Of a stretch of 64,000 nt of DNA, positions 11,117 through 23,865 are shown piece by piece. Made by a program: the position numbers and the translations under genes. How positions within the stretch are numbered: position 1 is the stretch's first letter; every line of letters starts with the position of its first letter. Source of the DNA: Vicugna vicugna (Eukaryota); contig MU058650.1 in assembly GCA_013265495.1 (NCBI GenBank), forward strand, positions 996,267-1,060,266, read 5' to 3'. The notes beneath the pieces were generated by a model that was given only the letters and a program-made list of their open reading frames with translations, was not told the origin of the DNA and did no database searches.

Positions 11117-13104
11117 AAGAAAATAAAGGAAAGCCTCAAGCATGAAAGAGAGTCCAAAACAAGCAGAAATAAAGCCACTGCGAAGAAATAGAAACCATGT
11201 GAGAGAAAAAAACTTCAAAAATATGTATCATTAATATCCCCAAAGAGATAAGAGAAGAAATTGCAACTATGAAACAAGAACAAGGTGTCACAGAAAGAGC
11301 ATTCAGAGAACAACAGAGTGCTCTTAGAAATTAAAAATCGGAAAACAGAAATGAAATCTCCAAGAAGGATTAGAAGATAAAGCTGAAAACTTCTACAGAA
11401 AGTAAAACAGAAAGTAAAAATGAAAAATAGAAACTAAGGGTTGAAAAATTAAAGGACCATTCTTAGAAGTCTGACAGCTGAGTAATAGGAGTGCCAGAAA
11501 AGTAACAGTGCAACTGAGGGGAGAGGGTCAAAGAACTAAATCAAGAAAAATATTCAGAACTAAAGGATGGCTTTTCGTATTTAAACCAGTGAGCACCAGC
11601 ATAGCAGATTAAAATGGATTCACACTGAGATCCATGTCATTGTGAAATCTCATGATACACGAAAGAGATGATTCTAAAAATTTCCAAATCTGTCATGTCA
11701 AGAACTGGGACTGAAGATGACATTGGACTTCTCAACAGCAGCATTATATTCTAGAAGACAGTTGAATAACGTTTTCAAAAATTTAAGAGAATATTTTTAA
11801 AAATCTAAGAGAATATGATTTCCAATTTAGAATTCTATACCCAGTCCAACTTACCAGGTAAGTGTGGGAGTAGAAAAAACACCTTTTTTTGAACCCAAAG
11901 TCTTAAACATTTTACCTCCTTTTGCCTTTATAAGGACGCTCCTGAAGGGTATGTTTCCACAAGATAAGAGTAATCCTGAAAGGAATAAATAGGGTCCAGA
12001 AAGCAGAAAATCTATCACAGAAGAGAATAGACTCTGCAAGATGAAGGAAGTCAAAAAATCAAGCAATGGGAAATTATTGAGAGCTATGGCGGTCAATAAT
12101 CAAAAGAATCAGCTGAAAGGGTTGACATGTTGCCTTAAGGAAGCAGGAATTAGGGCAGGAGGTGCTGCTAGGTTTTGTTTGCTTTTTGTAACAGGACATT
12201 AAATTATTTGACTCTGAACTATGTGCATGTTATAAGCTGAATAAAAATAAAGGGCAAATTTTAAAATATATCCATTTTATGACTTGTTCATGGAGAATGG
12301 AAGCCCCCTACATATGTGATTACAGCTCCTACTCTGGCAACTAGGTCATTGTATTCACTCCTGTCACAATTCTGACCGTTTTCGACAACTAGTACTGAGG
12401 CTTTACTACAGATCAGAGTCTGTGCTGAGGGGGATTGACACCTGAACAGGTAATTAAAGCACACTGGGAAGAGTTTTGTTATTGAAGAAGTAAAGATACT
12501 GTTTTTTAAAAATTGAAAAGGCCTGTGGCTGGCGTACGTCACTCAGCCTGGGGGTCAGAGAGAGCTTCCCGAAGCAAAGGCCAATTTCATGAGACCTGAA
12601 GGCTGAGTAGCTGAAAATACAGTGGTGGCCTCGTGGTCCGGCCTGAGGGAGTGGTACAGGCGATGAGGAACAGCCTGATGGAGTCAGGGACTACAGCACA
12701 GGGCGTGGGCTGGGAGGAGGGCTGTCGAGAGATGACAGGAGGGAAAAAGGCAGGGGTGGGAAGGATATCTTGGAAGGGCTTCTGTGCACCATTTGAAAGA
12801 GCATCGATCTAAGTAAAAGGGACTCCCTGCTGTGTTTCTGTATCCCTTGTTCTCACCTTATTCTGTATTTACTGTGCCCTTACTTTTGAGGAAAAGTAGA
12901 ATGAGTTTAGTTTTAGGTATACCAGGGGTGTGTGTGTTCCTTCTGGGAAATAGTGGACACTCTAACATAAGGCTCTGGAGCTCTGAAGAATTACAAGGGG
13001 GCAGATTTGGGATTCATCGGCATTAAGGAGAAAGTCAGAGCCACACGGTCGGGAAGCTCTCGCAGGAGGGAATCAAAGTTAGAATCATAGGAACTGACAT
13101 ACAA

Positions 13105-13212
13105 GGACAGGAATGTGTGTTTTGTTCACTGCTGTATCCTCAGCACAGAGCCTGATACAGAGTAGGTGCTCAGTAAACGGATGGACCGATGAATGGATGG
13201 ATGGATGGATGG
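13105..13212 (+). mobile_element. L2 3' end with (GGAT)n tail
   Basis: tgttcactgctgtatcctcagcac...gtaggtgctcagtaaac followed by ggat repeats. Confidence 0.8.
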
Positions 13213-13308
13213 GAAGCTAAAATATTGGATGATGTCCTTTTGGGAGAAGGGGAGTCTAGTTTCTCTGCAAAAATGTAGCCTTGGCCTGAACTGATAAGCT
13301 TCCAAGAG

Positions 13309-13337
13309 AACCCTAACCCTAACCCTAACCCTAACCC
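13309..13337 (-). repeat. Short interstitial telomeric repeat: (CCCTAA)4 plus partial units, read as (TTAGGG)n on the minus strand
   Basis: aa ccctaa ccctaa ccctaa ccctaa ccc, 29 bp perfect. Confidence 0.95.
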
Positions 13338-16300
13338 AGGCGAATAAGCATGCGTTAGGATGACTTATTTTTTAAGACCCTCACCAGGTTTTAGAAACAG
13401 CAGCCATCCGCTGTGGATTGGGGTGGGGCAGAGGAACTCAGTCCTCCTTAGAGGAAGCAAACTGCCCTGAATTCATCGCTCCTCTGTCAGACGTGATCAG
13501 TGCTGCACGTCTCCTCTGTAATATTCTTGCAGTTACCTGTGTCCTCCCATGTGTCTCTGCCGTCTACTAACCAAAATGCAGTGAAGCATAACCAGGGCAC
13601 CTTCAAGCAACAACAAATACGCTGCAGGCTTGAGCTGGAAGGGCACGTTAGTATTCAAAACAGGCATTTCATCTAGGTGAAAGCATCTAAGAGTATAATA
13701 GCTCTATCATTTTGACTTTATAGTTTTATTCAGTGAGCGCAGCACTGCCAAGGCAGTGCGCCATGAAAATTGCATTCAATCTACGGCTTCCCTGAACGGG
13801 CAGCTCCACTGAAATGAAGTCAGGTTAGGCGTCGTGAGCATAAGGAAAAAGTACAGTGCCCAGAAGAGGAAGGAGAATTATCTTTTCTTTGACTTTCACT
13901 AAGAATAAGAACCGGAGAGAGAGAATACACCGGAAAAGGCAGCTGATTTCAGGTCCCGGCTTCCAGCTTCCAGCTGTAATTGTGTAATTGTACACCATTC
14001 AGGTATCTTTTCTAAACCCAACGTCCTCATCTGTAAAGTGAAGATTTACTCTGCGTTACCTATTCCATGAAACTGTTGTGAGAATTAAATAAGAGGCTGT
14101 AAGCAGTAGCCTGGCCTCTCTCTCCTCCCCCTGCTCTTCACGCCATTTTGTTAGCTTCCTTGGCCAACAGATCACCTGAAATTGTCTGCCTGGCTCCCTC
14201 TCTTTCTATAAGAAGCTAAGGTTTGTGCAGCATGAGGACTTCTGCCTTTTCCTCAAATCTGTTACATGTTTGTTAATTGGCAGATGGGCCAACTGATCAG
14301 TTGGCTAAATGGATTTATGAACAGTCTGTAATGTTATATAAATGAGTGAAGTTTCGTGATTATAACATGGACCCTGGAAGCCAAGCCGCTATTTCTGCAT
14401 TTTGATTACAATCATGTTATACGGTGTCTAATTATTTTCCTGATGAGATAGAGTCCCAGGGAGTCAGTTTGCAAGATTTATAGCTTGACTTTTGTAGCCT
14501 GTAGAGGAAGGAAAATGGTGTCAGATTATTAACCCCTCTTCTTCTGCTCTTCCCCTAGCCTATCTTTTAAAGTTTTCACAGTGTTCTCCTGTAGTTACAT
14601 TGTAAGGTAGAAAAATGGTGAAACCAAATGGATCTGTATTCTAAAACTCCGTGCTACACCAGACACCTTTAGAGTGAGTATGTACATTGTGGAAAAGTGA
14701 ATTCCTCATTAAGGCATTTTTCATAGTGCCTGTTTATTATTGTCAATAAGAGTGAATACCTTATTAATCATGGTACTAATGAGTTGCTTCTAATTCATCA
14801 GGATTGGAAATCTGACTCTGTATACAGAACAGCTCAGGTGTGTTTATCTGAGCTCAGAGGCCAAGTCAGGAAAATTATGTGTGTGTTTTATAGAGCAAGG
14901 GAGGAAGAAATTATAAATGATCATAGATTTTATTTAGAACCATAAACACTATAACGTTTAGAAAGAAACCAAGGGAACTTAAAAAGAGGGCGTCTTCTAA
15001 ACCAGTGGATCTCAAACTTTAGTGACATGAGCTTCATTTTATTGAACTATGGTGTTTGGTTGAATCTGGGAGGGTCTACATTGGTTTAAAGTCCCTCATG
15101 CCATTCTTGGGATACTTTAGGACGGATAGATGATTGAATTCTTTTGGTTGAATGAGATACTGAGATTAGAGGAAACGAGTTTCTGTTGGTGTGCACTGAA
15201 ACACCCAGGATGAGAAACGGACCCCAAGTCGTGCATATGAGAAATGGTAAGAAGTAGTGGCGGTGCTTAACCTCATGGCATAAAGGGCATCCCTTCAAAT
15301 CCTTGAGTTGGAGAAGTGTTGAATTTGTTCCAAGAAATATGGGGCAGGAAATTTGGGCCCAGTGTGAGAAAGGACCTCTAAAGAACCAGGTTCTTCATCC
15401 ATGCCATGGGACAGGCTAATGTCAGTGTTGTCACCAGAGGAGCTCAAGGCTGGGTGCTGCCTCAGGGAATCCAAGCATCCGATGGAGCAGAGTCAGATGG
15501 GATGGCTCCTAGGATCGCTACCTCCGATCTGGGGCTTCTCTGCTGTGATCAGGTTCCCACGACAGTGGCTGTGGGCCCTGGCTGGTGTAGCCCGGAGGCA
15601 TTTGGATGAGGATTGGGATGTGTCCCCATCAGAGATGTTAATAACAGTCAATATGTTAACCAGTGTTAACACGGATTAACATAGCGTGTTAATGTGTGTA
15701 GAGAGCCCAGACACAAATCCTAAAGGAAGTGAGCCAACCCGAAGAAAAAATAAAATAAATTCTCTCTCCTTGCTACCCTTTCTCCTATATTGAAGAGAGA
15801 GACCATAAACTTAGAGGTGTAATGGCATACTTAATGTCATGAATGAGAAATCAGGTGAGTTTGTGGAAGTAGACCCACGTCTGGCAGTGTGTGTAGGGGT
15901 GGGACGGAAGGTCATTTCTAATTTTGTATTATAATGAGATATAAATAAAGATTTTTTTAAAATCTGTTATTGGAACTATGCTAAAGCTTGTCCCATAAGT
16001 AGCTACTTACCAGAAAAACAAAAGCTATTGATTTTTTTTTTTTTTACTATTAGAATTATGTATGTATGTTCCAAAATTCCCTTCCTGTGCCCCCCGGTCA
16101 TGTGTTGCTCACTCCTTCTCCAAGGAGGGGAAGGGCTAGGATTTAAACCAGGTTTCTGGCTCCAGAATCCTTCCTCCCAACTGTCTTCTAATGTTAAGAC
16201 AAAGAAAAGCTTGTGTAATGTTTGGTTTCCTTTTTTCTAACTAGTATTATTTCCTTTTAAAATATTTTTTTCTTAGAGACACTTGACCTTGCTTTGTTTT

Positions 16301-17053
16301 GCCACGTCTGTTATTGTCTTTTCAAAAAAGCTGTTCACAGTTCAATTCTAAATATGGTAAAGGGGGAGGTGCAGTGGGGAAACAATACAGTGAGTGGGTT
16401 TTCTAATCAGATACTTAACATTTGTTCCAAAAAGTTTCCCAGTTCAGATCATTGGTAGAGAACATTTTTGAGACAAAGTTTTTGAATATCAATTATGCTT
16501 CAGAGCAAAGATGTCTTATTAACAATTTCATGTGGTTTAATGGCCAGTCTGTGTTGTTCAGAGTTGGTTTGCAGGTTTTTTTTTCTCATAATGAATTATC
16601 AGAATACATTCGTTTGATTTGTCAGGGTGATTAAAAACTTGACTCAAATCAGATATCAAGAGAAAAAAGACTGACCGGAGTCATTTTGAAAAACCAAACC
16701 ATCATGTTAATTTAATTAGGGGAAAGATGAAGTAGTTACTGTCGACCTTTCAGAAAATGTTCCAGATGTTATTCATACTCTACAGATGACAGAATTGATT
16801 TTTCTTCCTTCTTGAGAAGAGTGAGAATAATTCTGGGACCAATTGCAAAAATCTTGCAATCGGTAGCTTCCACTGTGCCTGTTTTAAAGAATAATTTTTA
16901 ACCGCAGTATTGGCCGTGTTCCGATCTCTTCTTTGCGCTCCATGGTTACTGTTCTTTGGTCTGACATCTCTTTCAGCATTCAGGGTGATTTTGAATACAA
17001 TTAAGGATTTTTTTTTTTGCTTTCATTCTTATTACTGTCTTTCTCTCTAACAG

Positions 17054-17226
17054 GCTATTTGATGCACGAGTTCCATAAGTTTTGGATTGAAGAGGACCCC
17101 ATGGACATAATGGAATTTAATCGTGTGCGAGAGAAATTCCGCAAGAGAATCATAAAACAGCTGCAGAACCCAGACATGGCGCTGTGCCCACACTTTGCTG
17201 CCTCAGAAGGTCTGATCAACATGTAG
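17054..17226 (+). CDS. ELMOD1: ELMOD1 terminal coding exon (C)YLMHEFHKFWIEEDPMDIMEFNRVREKFRKRIIKQLQNPDMALCPHFAASEGLINM*
   Basis: ctttctctctaacag|GC acceptor; phase matches the previous exon (T+GC=Cys); TAG at 17224-17226. Confidence 0.97.
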
Positions 17227-18460
17227 TCGCCCACACTGGTTTTACTGGATACCCTGGAACACTGCCTCATTATTGTGTTAGCGCTCTGCTTAGGTCCCAG
17301 CTCACACACCGAATGCACACAGTGATTGTATGCATGCCTGTTGGTACAGTATTTTCATATCTTGGTCGTAATTACCAGATCCCCAGGATACCACAATTTC
17401 TGGAGTATCTGTCATCCATTGACTGCTCATACTGTGGCATTATGCAGTGTTACATCTTGCCTTGACGCCCGGGTATGGAGAGAGTTTTCTATTTTTTTAG
17501 ATTGTTTTCCTCTCCCTCATAATTCAGCATTGAAGAATTGTGTTTCTCTAGCTGTATTTTGTATGTAAAAAATTTAGCTGACCCTTGTTCTGTGAAAGCC
17601 TTTTAATTTATTGATACGTTTCGTGACTACGGCTGCTAGCCCTCAAGCCAGGTCCATGCTTGGATCTCATTCCAGTAAAGTAGAAGACTTTCAAATAATA
17701 CAGACAGACACATGATAAGCCAAATCATTCCTGCAAACACAGCTGCGCTTCTTGAAAATGTAACGAGGCTTACAAGAAGCAAATTTAGGTAGGTGCTGTT
17801 TTTATTTGAAGTACCACAGAATTCTGTTGTAACTTACCCACGGTCGCCATTGTGCGTAATCACCTGGACATCCAATTATTTTATTCCCATAATTTTACTC
17901 GCTTGGGTGCCTAAATATGTTGATGATGCTGGAGCCTCAAAAAAAGAAGTATGCATACGGTGAAGGCTGCAAGAGCTTTTCCACTGCCTGCCCGTTGCTG
18001 AACGCAGAGTTACACCCTGGCACCGTTCTCATCCAGGCATCTTTGCTCGGGGCACAGTGCTGGCTGGTTTGCCGTCTCTGTCAAGAGATGATATCGAAAA
18101 ACAATTTGCAAGAAAATGTGTTGCAAGAGAGGAACCTGAGCTATGTCATTCTGTAATATTTCTTGAAAATAATGACCTTGTCTTGTATCAGTGGAAGAAG
18201 TAAATTGCTTGGATGAGGGACAAAATCAAATCATTTCAAAACTGCTGAAAATCATTTTAAAAAACCATGACTTCGTTTGGAATTATGATTGTAGTCTGTT
18301 GAATAGTATTTACCATGGCATTTCATACCCATGGTATTTTATACCTTCTATCAATTTTAGTATTATTAGACGTTTGTGTAATCATTTGCTTATTTAAATT
18401 AATTTTGAGTACTGCCTGTCAGTTATGAATAAATTACATGTCATTCTACTGTAACATATA
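17227..18460 (+). other. ELMOD1: ELMOD1 3'UTR (3' end approximate)
   Basis: AT-rich sequence without obvious repeats from the stop codon to the first clear AATAAA that has a downstream GU-rich tract. Confidence 0.7.
18428..18433 (+). terminator. Likely ELMOD1 polyadenylation signal AATAAA
   Basis: gAATAAAttacatg followed ~45 nt later by a GU/U-rich tract gaatgtttttgtgcttgt. Confidence 0.7.
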
Positions 18461-20498
18461 GTGGATTTCATTTGAATGTTTTTGTGCTTGTACGGCTTCT
18501 GAATATGCAAATATGTGAGTTGGTAGAATGTCAAAGGCCGACCACCCGGAGCTGAATTTAAGTCACACCATCGGCCAGAGTAGCCAGGTGTGAATTAGAG
18601 GGTGTCGTGTCTGAGAGGCTGCTTTTATTTGACGGATCGTGAGGCCTGGTGGTGCTTTAATGAAAGAGTAAGATCCAGCTTTTTCTTTGTAACTTCCTCT
18701 GAAGCCTGGTTTGTCTCCTGCTGGACAGCGGATCTGGGGAATCACTGCGGTGCTGTGGTTTCCTGGTCCATTCTAGTGCCTCTGGGATTCTGCGCTGCAT
18801 CTTTCATAGCCCTCTGCCCTTCCTCAGAATGGGAAAGGGAGGGAGTTGGTTAACACGTGATACACTGATGAGAGCAGTGATGAGAACATGTATTCATCTT
18901 CAGAGTAAGTGAGAGTTTGTGAACCTGGTCATCGGGCTGTCTGGGGACCGCTGACTTCCCGCCACCGCAGCAGCCGCTGTGTGTGAAGGCATCATTCCAC
19001 ATTCAGTAGAGCCTTGTCAGCCACATGGACGCCTGTTGTCTTCCTGTCCCCTGTGGTCCGGCGTCACTGACATGGCTTGATACCATGTGGCATCTACACC
19101 GGCTCGCGTCCCTTCTGTGCGGGTGGCGATAGTTGATGGTAACAAAGCTGGGGGTTTTCCCTCCCAGCTCCTTGAATGACTTCTCTGCTGCTTCTTAACG
19201 TGGCTGCACAGTTTGAGGATGAACAAACTCTGCCAGCTGCTTCTGGTTCTGAATATTATTAGATTTCTTGTTCGCACCTCTTTGTGGAAGATGAATTCTA
19301 CCCTGTAATATAAAGTGAGGTGAGAAAAAAAGAGGAGAAACTTTCAAAGGCATTAAAAAAAAAGTGTGATGTGTGTGTATGTATGTGTGTGTGTTTCCCT
19401 TGGGCATTTTTAGCTTGCTTATACTCACTCCACTGAACAAGGGTCAGCCACTTAAAATGTAAATTATGTAGCATGCCCCAGGTTTTTCAAAACAGTTCTT
19501 GCGATGATAAAAACACTGCAGAAAGCAAGTTCTTTGAAGCACCAATTCTGAAACTTGTGACTTCAGTCTCACTTTCCTTCTCACAGTTATTATTGTACTG
19601 AAAAAAAAAATTTTTGTTGCCTGGTAACCCACCATCTCTTCTATTTGAAATGAAGCTTAAATATATACCAAACCTAAAAGATAAGATAACCTTACAAGAT
19701 AACTTCAAACCGGGACACTTTTAAAGACAAAGGAGGATGTTGTTAATAATTTCTTTAGGAGAATAAAGTAAAGTGGGACAGTCTGAGGAAACTAAGATGT
19801 TAGGTGACTGAGAGGGACAAAGAGACAGACACAAGTAGGGGTCACCCACCCACCACTCAGTTAGACAGATGCAACCCAGTGTCTTCACTTTCTAACCTGC
19901 GGCAGGAGAAATACATCACAAGGACAGAGACATTTTGATACCCAGGATACTACCCCAAATCTTTGAAGACCTATCAGAGGTGTGGGCTTGACCTGGGCTG
20001 GAAGGTCAGCTGAGCAGGCTGGGCCTATAGGAAGTCAGCAGTGGGGAAGTAAAACCTGGCCACGAATGACCTCGATCCGTAAACAGATGGGGCCAGATCC
20101 AAACTGAACAGAAATGAAGAGGGGACCAGGGTTGGTGGAGCGTGGGGCTAGCGGATGGGAGATTGAGGGAAGGAAAAGGAAACTTTGAGCCACAGTGACA
20201 TGTGCTCCATCAAAGCCATGCCTCTGGCTCTTTGGGGAACTTGACGGAAGTCACTGCTCTAATCTAGAAACAAAATGGCAGAAAAGCAGAACAAAGTCCA
20301 GAGGATGAAAGAGATGCTGGTATGGATTCCATTTCAAGAGCTGGCGTTCAGTGTGTTCTGATGCCGTGTACCAGGGCTGTGCTAGCTCTTTGCCCCCGTT
20401 ATTTCATCTCCTCAAGTGAGATGGTTTGCATGCTTGTTTTTCTAGACAAACAGGCTTAGAGAATTTAAATACATGACTAAAGTTATCAAGAGAAAGGA

Positions 20499-21105
20499 AA
20501 GCACAACCAGGTATGACCTCACCCCTGTTAGAATGGCTGTTACCAAAAAGCCAAGAAATAACAAGTGCTGGCGAGGACGTGGAGGGAAGGGAACACCTGA
20601 GTGTCGGTGGGAGTGTGCACTGCTGCAGACACCAGTACGGAAGGTTCCTCAAAAAAATAAAAATAAAAATGAAACTACCATAGGACCCAGCAATTTCACT
20701 TCTGGGTATTTATCCAAAGAAACTGACAACACTAACTCAAAAAGATACGCGCAGCCCCATGTTCTTTACAGCATTATTTATAACAGCCAAGACATGGGAG
20801 CAACCTAAGTGTCCACTGATGGATGAATGGGTAAAGAAAACGTGACATATTTATATACACAATGGACTATTATTATTCAGCCATGAGAAAGGAGGGAATC
20901 CTGCCATTTGTAACAACATGGGTGGATCTTGAGGGCATTATGCTAAGTGAAATAAATCAGATAGAGAAAGGCAAATGGTCTCATACGTGAAATCTTAGAA
21001 AGAAAGAAAGAAAAAACCTTACAGATACAGAGAACAGACTGGTAGTTGTAAGAAGCATGAGGTGTGGAGTGGGTCGAATGGGGCGAAACTGGTCGAAAGG
21101 AAATA
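20499..21105 (+). mobile_element. L1 ORF2 3' end/3'UTR fragment
   Basis: ORF 20473..20808 TTRYDLTPVRMAVTKKPRNNKCWR is the L1 ORF2 C-terminal motif, followed by 3'UTR sequence. Confidence 0.9.
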
Positions 21106-23044
21106 AATAAACAGCATCTCTTAAGTCAGGGCCTTACGCCTGACTTAAAGGCAAATTATGCTGTCTACCTAATTGGAATTATTTTCTACCGTCCGGGGTA
21201 GATTATAAACACACATGCACACCTACCCCCAGCTGATAATATACTGTATGTAACATTCCTCGCTCCGGTGTCTGCAGGGTGAATCCATACCTGCAGATCA
21301 CAGATGCTGCCAAACCGTCCCTCAGGGCTTCCCATGTTCTGGGTCAGAATTTCTTCCTTGATACACACAGAACAATTCCAACAGGAATGTGAGCTCCATC
21401 TCCTGATTCCTGCCTCCCCCAAGAGCAGTGGAAGACTGTGTACCTCCTCCTGGCTCCCCTGTGGGAAATCTCAGTAAGCTGGGCCTCGCAGGGCCTGGAT
21501 GGAAGCTAAAGGGCTTTTCTGTGGAAAGAGAAACTCGGACGTGTGAGCTCTTTGTCAAATAAAACGTTCCTTGCACTGCGGAGCGTCTTGTGCCCGCTGA
21601 CCTGACTTAGCTTCCGGAATGCTGCTACTCCTGGGCGCATCGACACATGTGATGTCACCTGTTAACTTCCCTGGGATGCTTGACCGAAACCAGGGCGTGG
21701 GTACAAAGGGTAACGTGTTAACTCACTACCTTTCTACTATGTTATCTGTTCTGTACCTAGCACCGTGGTCTGCTTTGCAAAGTTGAAGGCAACCAGGAAA
21801 AAGGGCGGCAAGGAGAAGAGAAAGCTGAGATTAAGGTTGTAAAACAACAGTTAAGCGCCCTCTGTCATGCAAGGTGAGTTAGGGTGATTCCTTCATGATT
21901 GCCACCTGCCATACGAGGGCTCAAGGGAATTCCACAGCATCACAAGGCACAGTTTGAAACAGACTTTATTAGAAAAGTTTCAAAAGCAAGGATCAGACCA
22001 AAGAAGGTGTGAGCGTTTCCTGTTGTCCCAAGGCCGCCAGGGCCTGTGTGCTGTGCTGGACACACTGTGGGGTTCAGGTGGACCCCCACCCCGCTCCTTA
22101 CTGCCCTCCCTTCTTTTGGGGCAAACCTGAAAAGCCGTCTTGGCAGAGGGAAGGGTCTGATTGGTGCACTCTGTAGCCAGGCGGTCTGGATCTGGCTGCC
22201 AGCTGCCCTGTCCCTGCAGACCCTGGATCTGCAGGATGTTACCTTGGGGAAGAGAATCTCTGGTCCTCGAGGAAGCCGAGCTCGGATGTAACCCCTTCTG
22301 CTGGGAGAGAGAAGAGCCTTCGGGCACAGCTGGTTTGTCCCAGCGGCCCAGAGAGAGCTTGTGGGTTATTTTTTTTGCCAAATCTCCTCCTATCACACCC
22401 ATATACTTACATCCTGGATGTATCAGCTCTTCTGCGCCAAGCGTGTAGCAATTACCAAGGAACAGAAATGGCAACAACCTCGAGCGGTGTGATACCGCCA
22501 GTTCCCTCATCCGCTTTTGGTCAGCGCTGTGCTATTTCTGCAGAGGACAGCGGGACAACTCCGGCAGGCAGGAGACCCGCGTCCCAGCGTGTGCGCTGCC
22601 AGCCTCCTGAGGCTTACCCTCTCCGACTTGGCTCTTACCATCTGTAACAGATAAATAATACAGACGGCTCCCCTTCAGAGGATTATTGTAACAGCAAAAA
22701 TCAAATAAGCTACCATTAATTCAAGTGCTTGGGAAACTCAAGTACTATTAAAACACATGTTTTATTATGGTTGGCTTTTGTCCGTTTGGGTTTTGGCTGT
22801 GAGCTTATTCTAATGGAAAATGAAGCTGTAAGATTTGTCCTTGTAGCCGTATCCCGCATTATTTCAACTCAGCAAGCATTTATTATTTCTTTTTGTGCCA
22901 GGCACCATGCCAAGTCTGGGGATAAAATGGAAAAGAAGATACTGTCCTTGGTCTCGTGGACCTCATAGTCTAAATCCACTTCCTTGCTTCTTGAAGTCTG
23001 GTCTTTGGAGCACCAGCATGAGCACTGTTAGAAGTGAGTCATTG

Positions 23045-23210
23045 TTGGGAGGAAGGTATAGCTCAAGTGGTAGAGCGCATGCTTAGCATGCAGGAGGTCC
23101 TGGGTTCAATCCCCAGTACCTCCTCTAGAAGTAGACAATAAAACCTAGTTACCTCCCCACTGCAAGAATAAATAAATTAAATAACAATAATAAATTAATT
23201 TTTTAAAAGA
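23045..23210 (+). mobile_element. tRNA-Ala(AGC)-derived SINE (camelid-type), inserted into a MER5-like element
   Basis: Head GGTATAGCTCAAGTGGTAGAGCGCATGCTTAGCATGCAGGAGGTCCTGGGTTCAATCCCCAGTACCTCC with A/B boxes, body AAACCTAGTTACCTCCCC, A-rich tail; TSD agaagtgagtcattg (23030-44) / agaaatgaatcattg (23211-25). Confidence 0.9.
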
Positions 23211-23528
23211 AGAAATGAATCATTGAAACCCCCTCCCAGACCTCTGAACAAGAATCTTCATCATAACATGCTCCCTGGATGACTCGTGTGCATGTCAAAG
23301 TTGAGAAGTACCGCTCTAAAGGATATTGACCTGGTTCCTCTCCACTGAAATCTGACAAGGTTTAGTCCCAATTGTTAATGGCATAAAAGTAAATCAAACA
23401 CTCCCTTTGTTTCCCTCAATTTCATCAATACAACTTGACCCTGTGCCCACCTCTAACAAAGGACTACGTGTTCTGTTGTCAACCACCCAGAGACACAAGC
23501 AGGAGTCGGTATGGAGAAGGTGGAGGGC

Positions 23529-23865
23529 TGTTACGGACTGGATGTTTGTGTCCCCCACCAAATTCACGTGTTGAAGCTTAACTCCCAATGTGGTGGTCAT
23601 TAGGAGGTGGGGTCTTTGGGGGTAAAACCCTCATGGATGGGATTAGAGCCTTTATAATGAAAGACGGAAAAAACCCCTCCCCCTCCCCTCACTCTGCCCT
23701 GTGAGGCTACAGTGAGCAGGTGGCCATCTACACACCTAGACGTGTGTCCTTACGACTCCGCAGATGCAATTTGATCTTGGACTTTTCAACTTCCAGAGCT
23801 GTGAAAAATAAATACTTGTTCTTTAAGCCACTTGATCTATAGTATGTTTATCCTAGCTGCCCAAA
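23529..23865 (+). mobile_element. MaLR LTR (MLT1A/B-like)
   Basis: tgttacggactggatgtttgtgtccccc...ttgatcttggacttttcaacttccagagctgtgaaaaataaatacttgttctttaagccac. Confidence 0.85.

Larger units (their letters stand above)
9418..12260 (+). mobile_element. Ancient L1 5'/ORF1 region (L1M-type), interrupted by an MLT LTR and an L1MC-like insert
   Basis: ggacttccagttaaaga start; A-rich ORF1-like remnants 11150-11900 (gacttctcaacagcagc...agaattctatacccag); no intact ORF. Confidence 0.55.

Noticed and set aside
21121..21148. Hairpin TTAAGTCAGG-8nt-CCTGACTTAA
   Set aside because: A single 10-bp stem is plausible by chance in 64 kb and has no supporting context; the same applies to cctcaagg-gtgaca-ccttgagg near 56780.
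21980..22647. Overlapping 80-176 aa ORFs in a GC-richer patch
   Set aside because: No recognisable protein or splice structure; probably old LTR-derived sequence, and the family could not be assigned by eye.
23052..23124. Apparent tRNA-Ala(AGC) gene
   Set aside because: It is embedded in a TSD-flanked SINE with a second family member at 47283, so it is called as a SINE.
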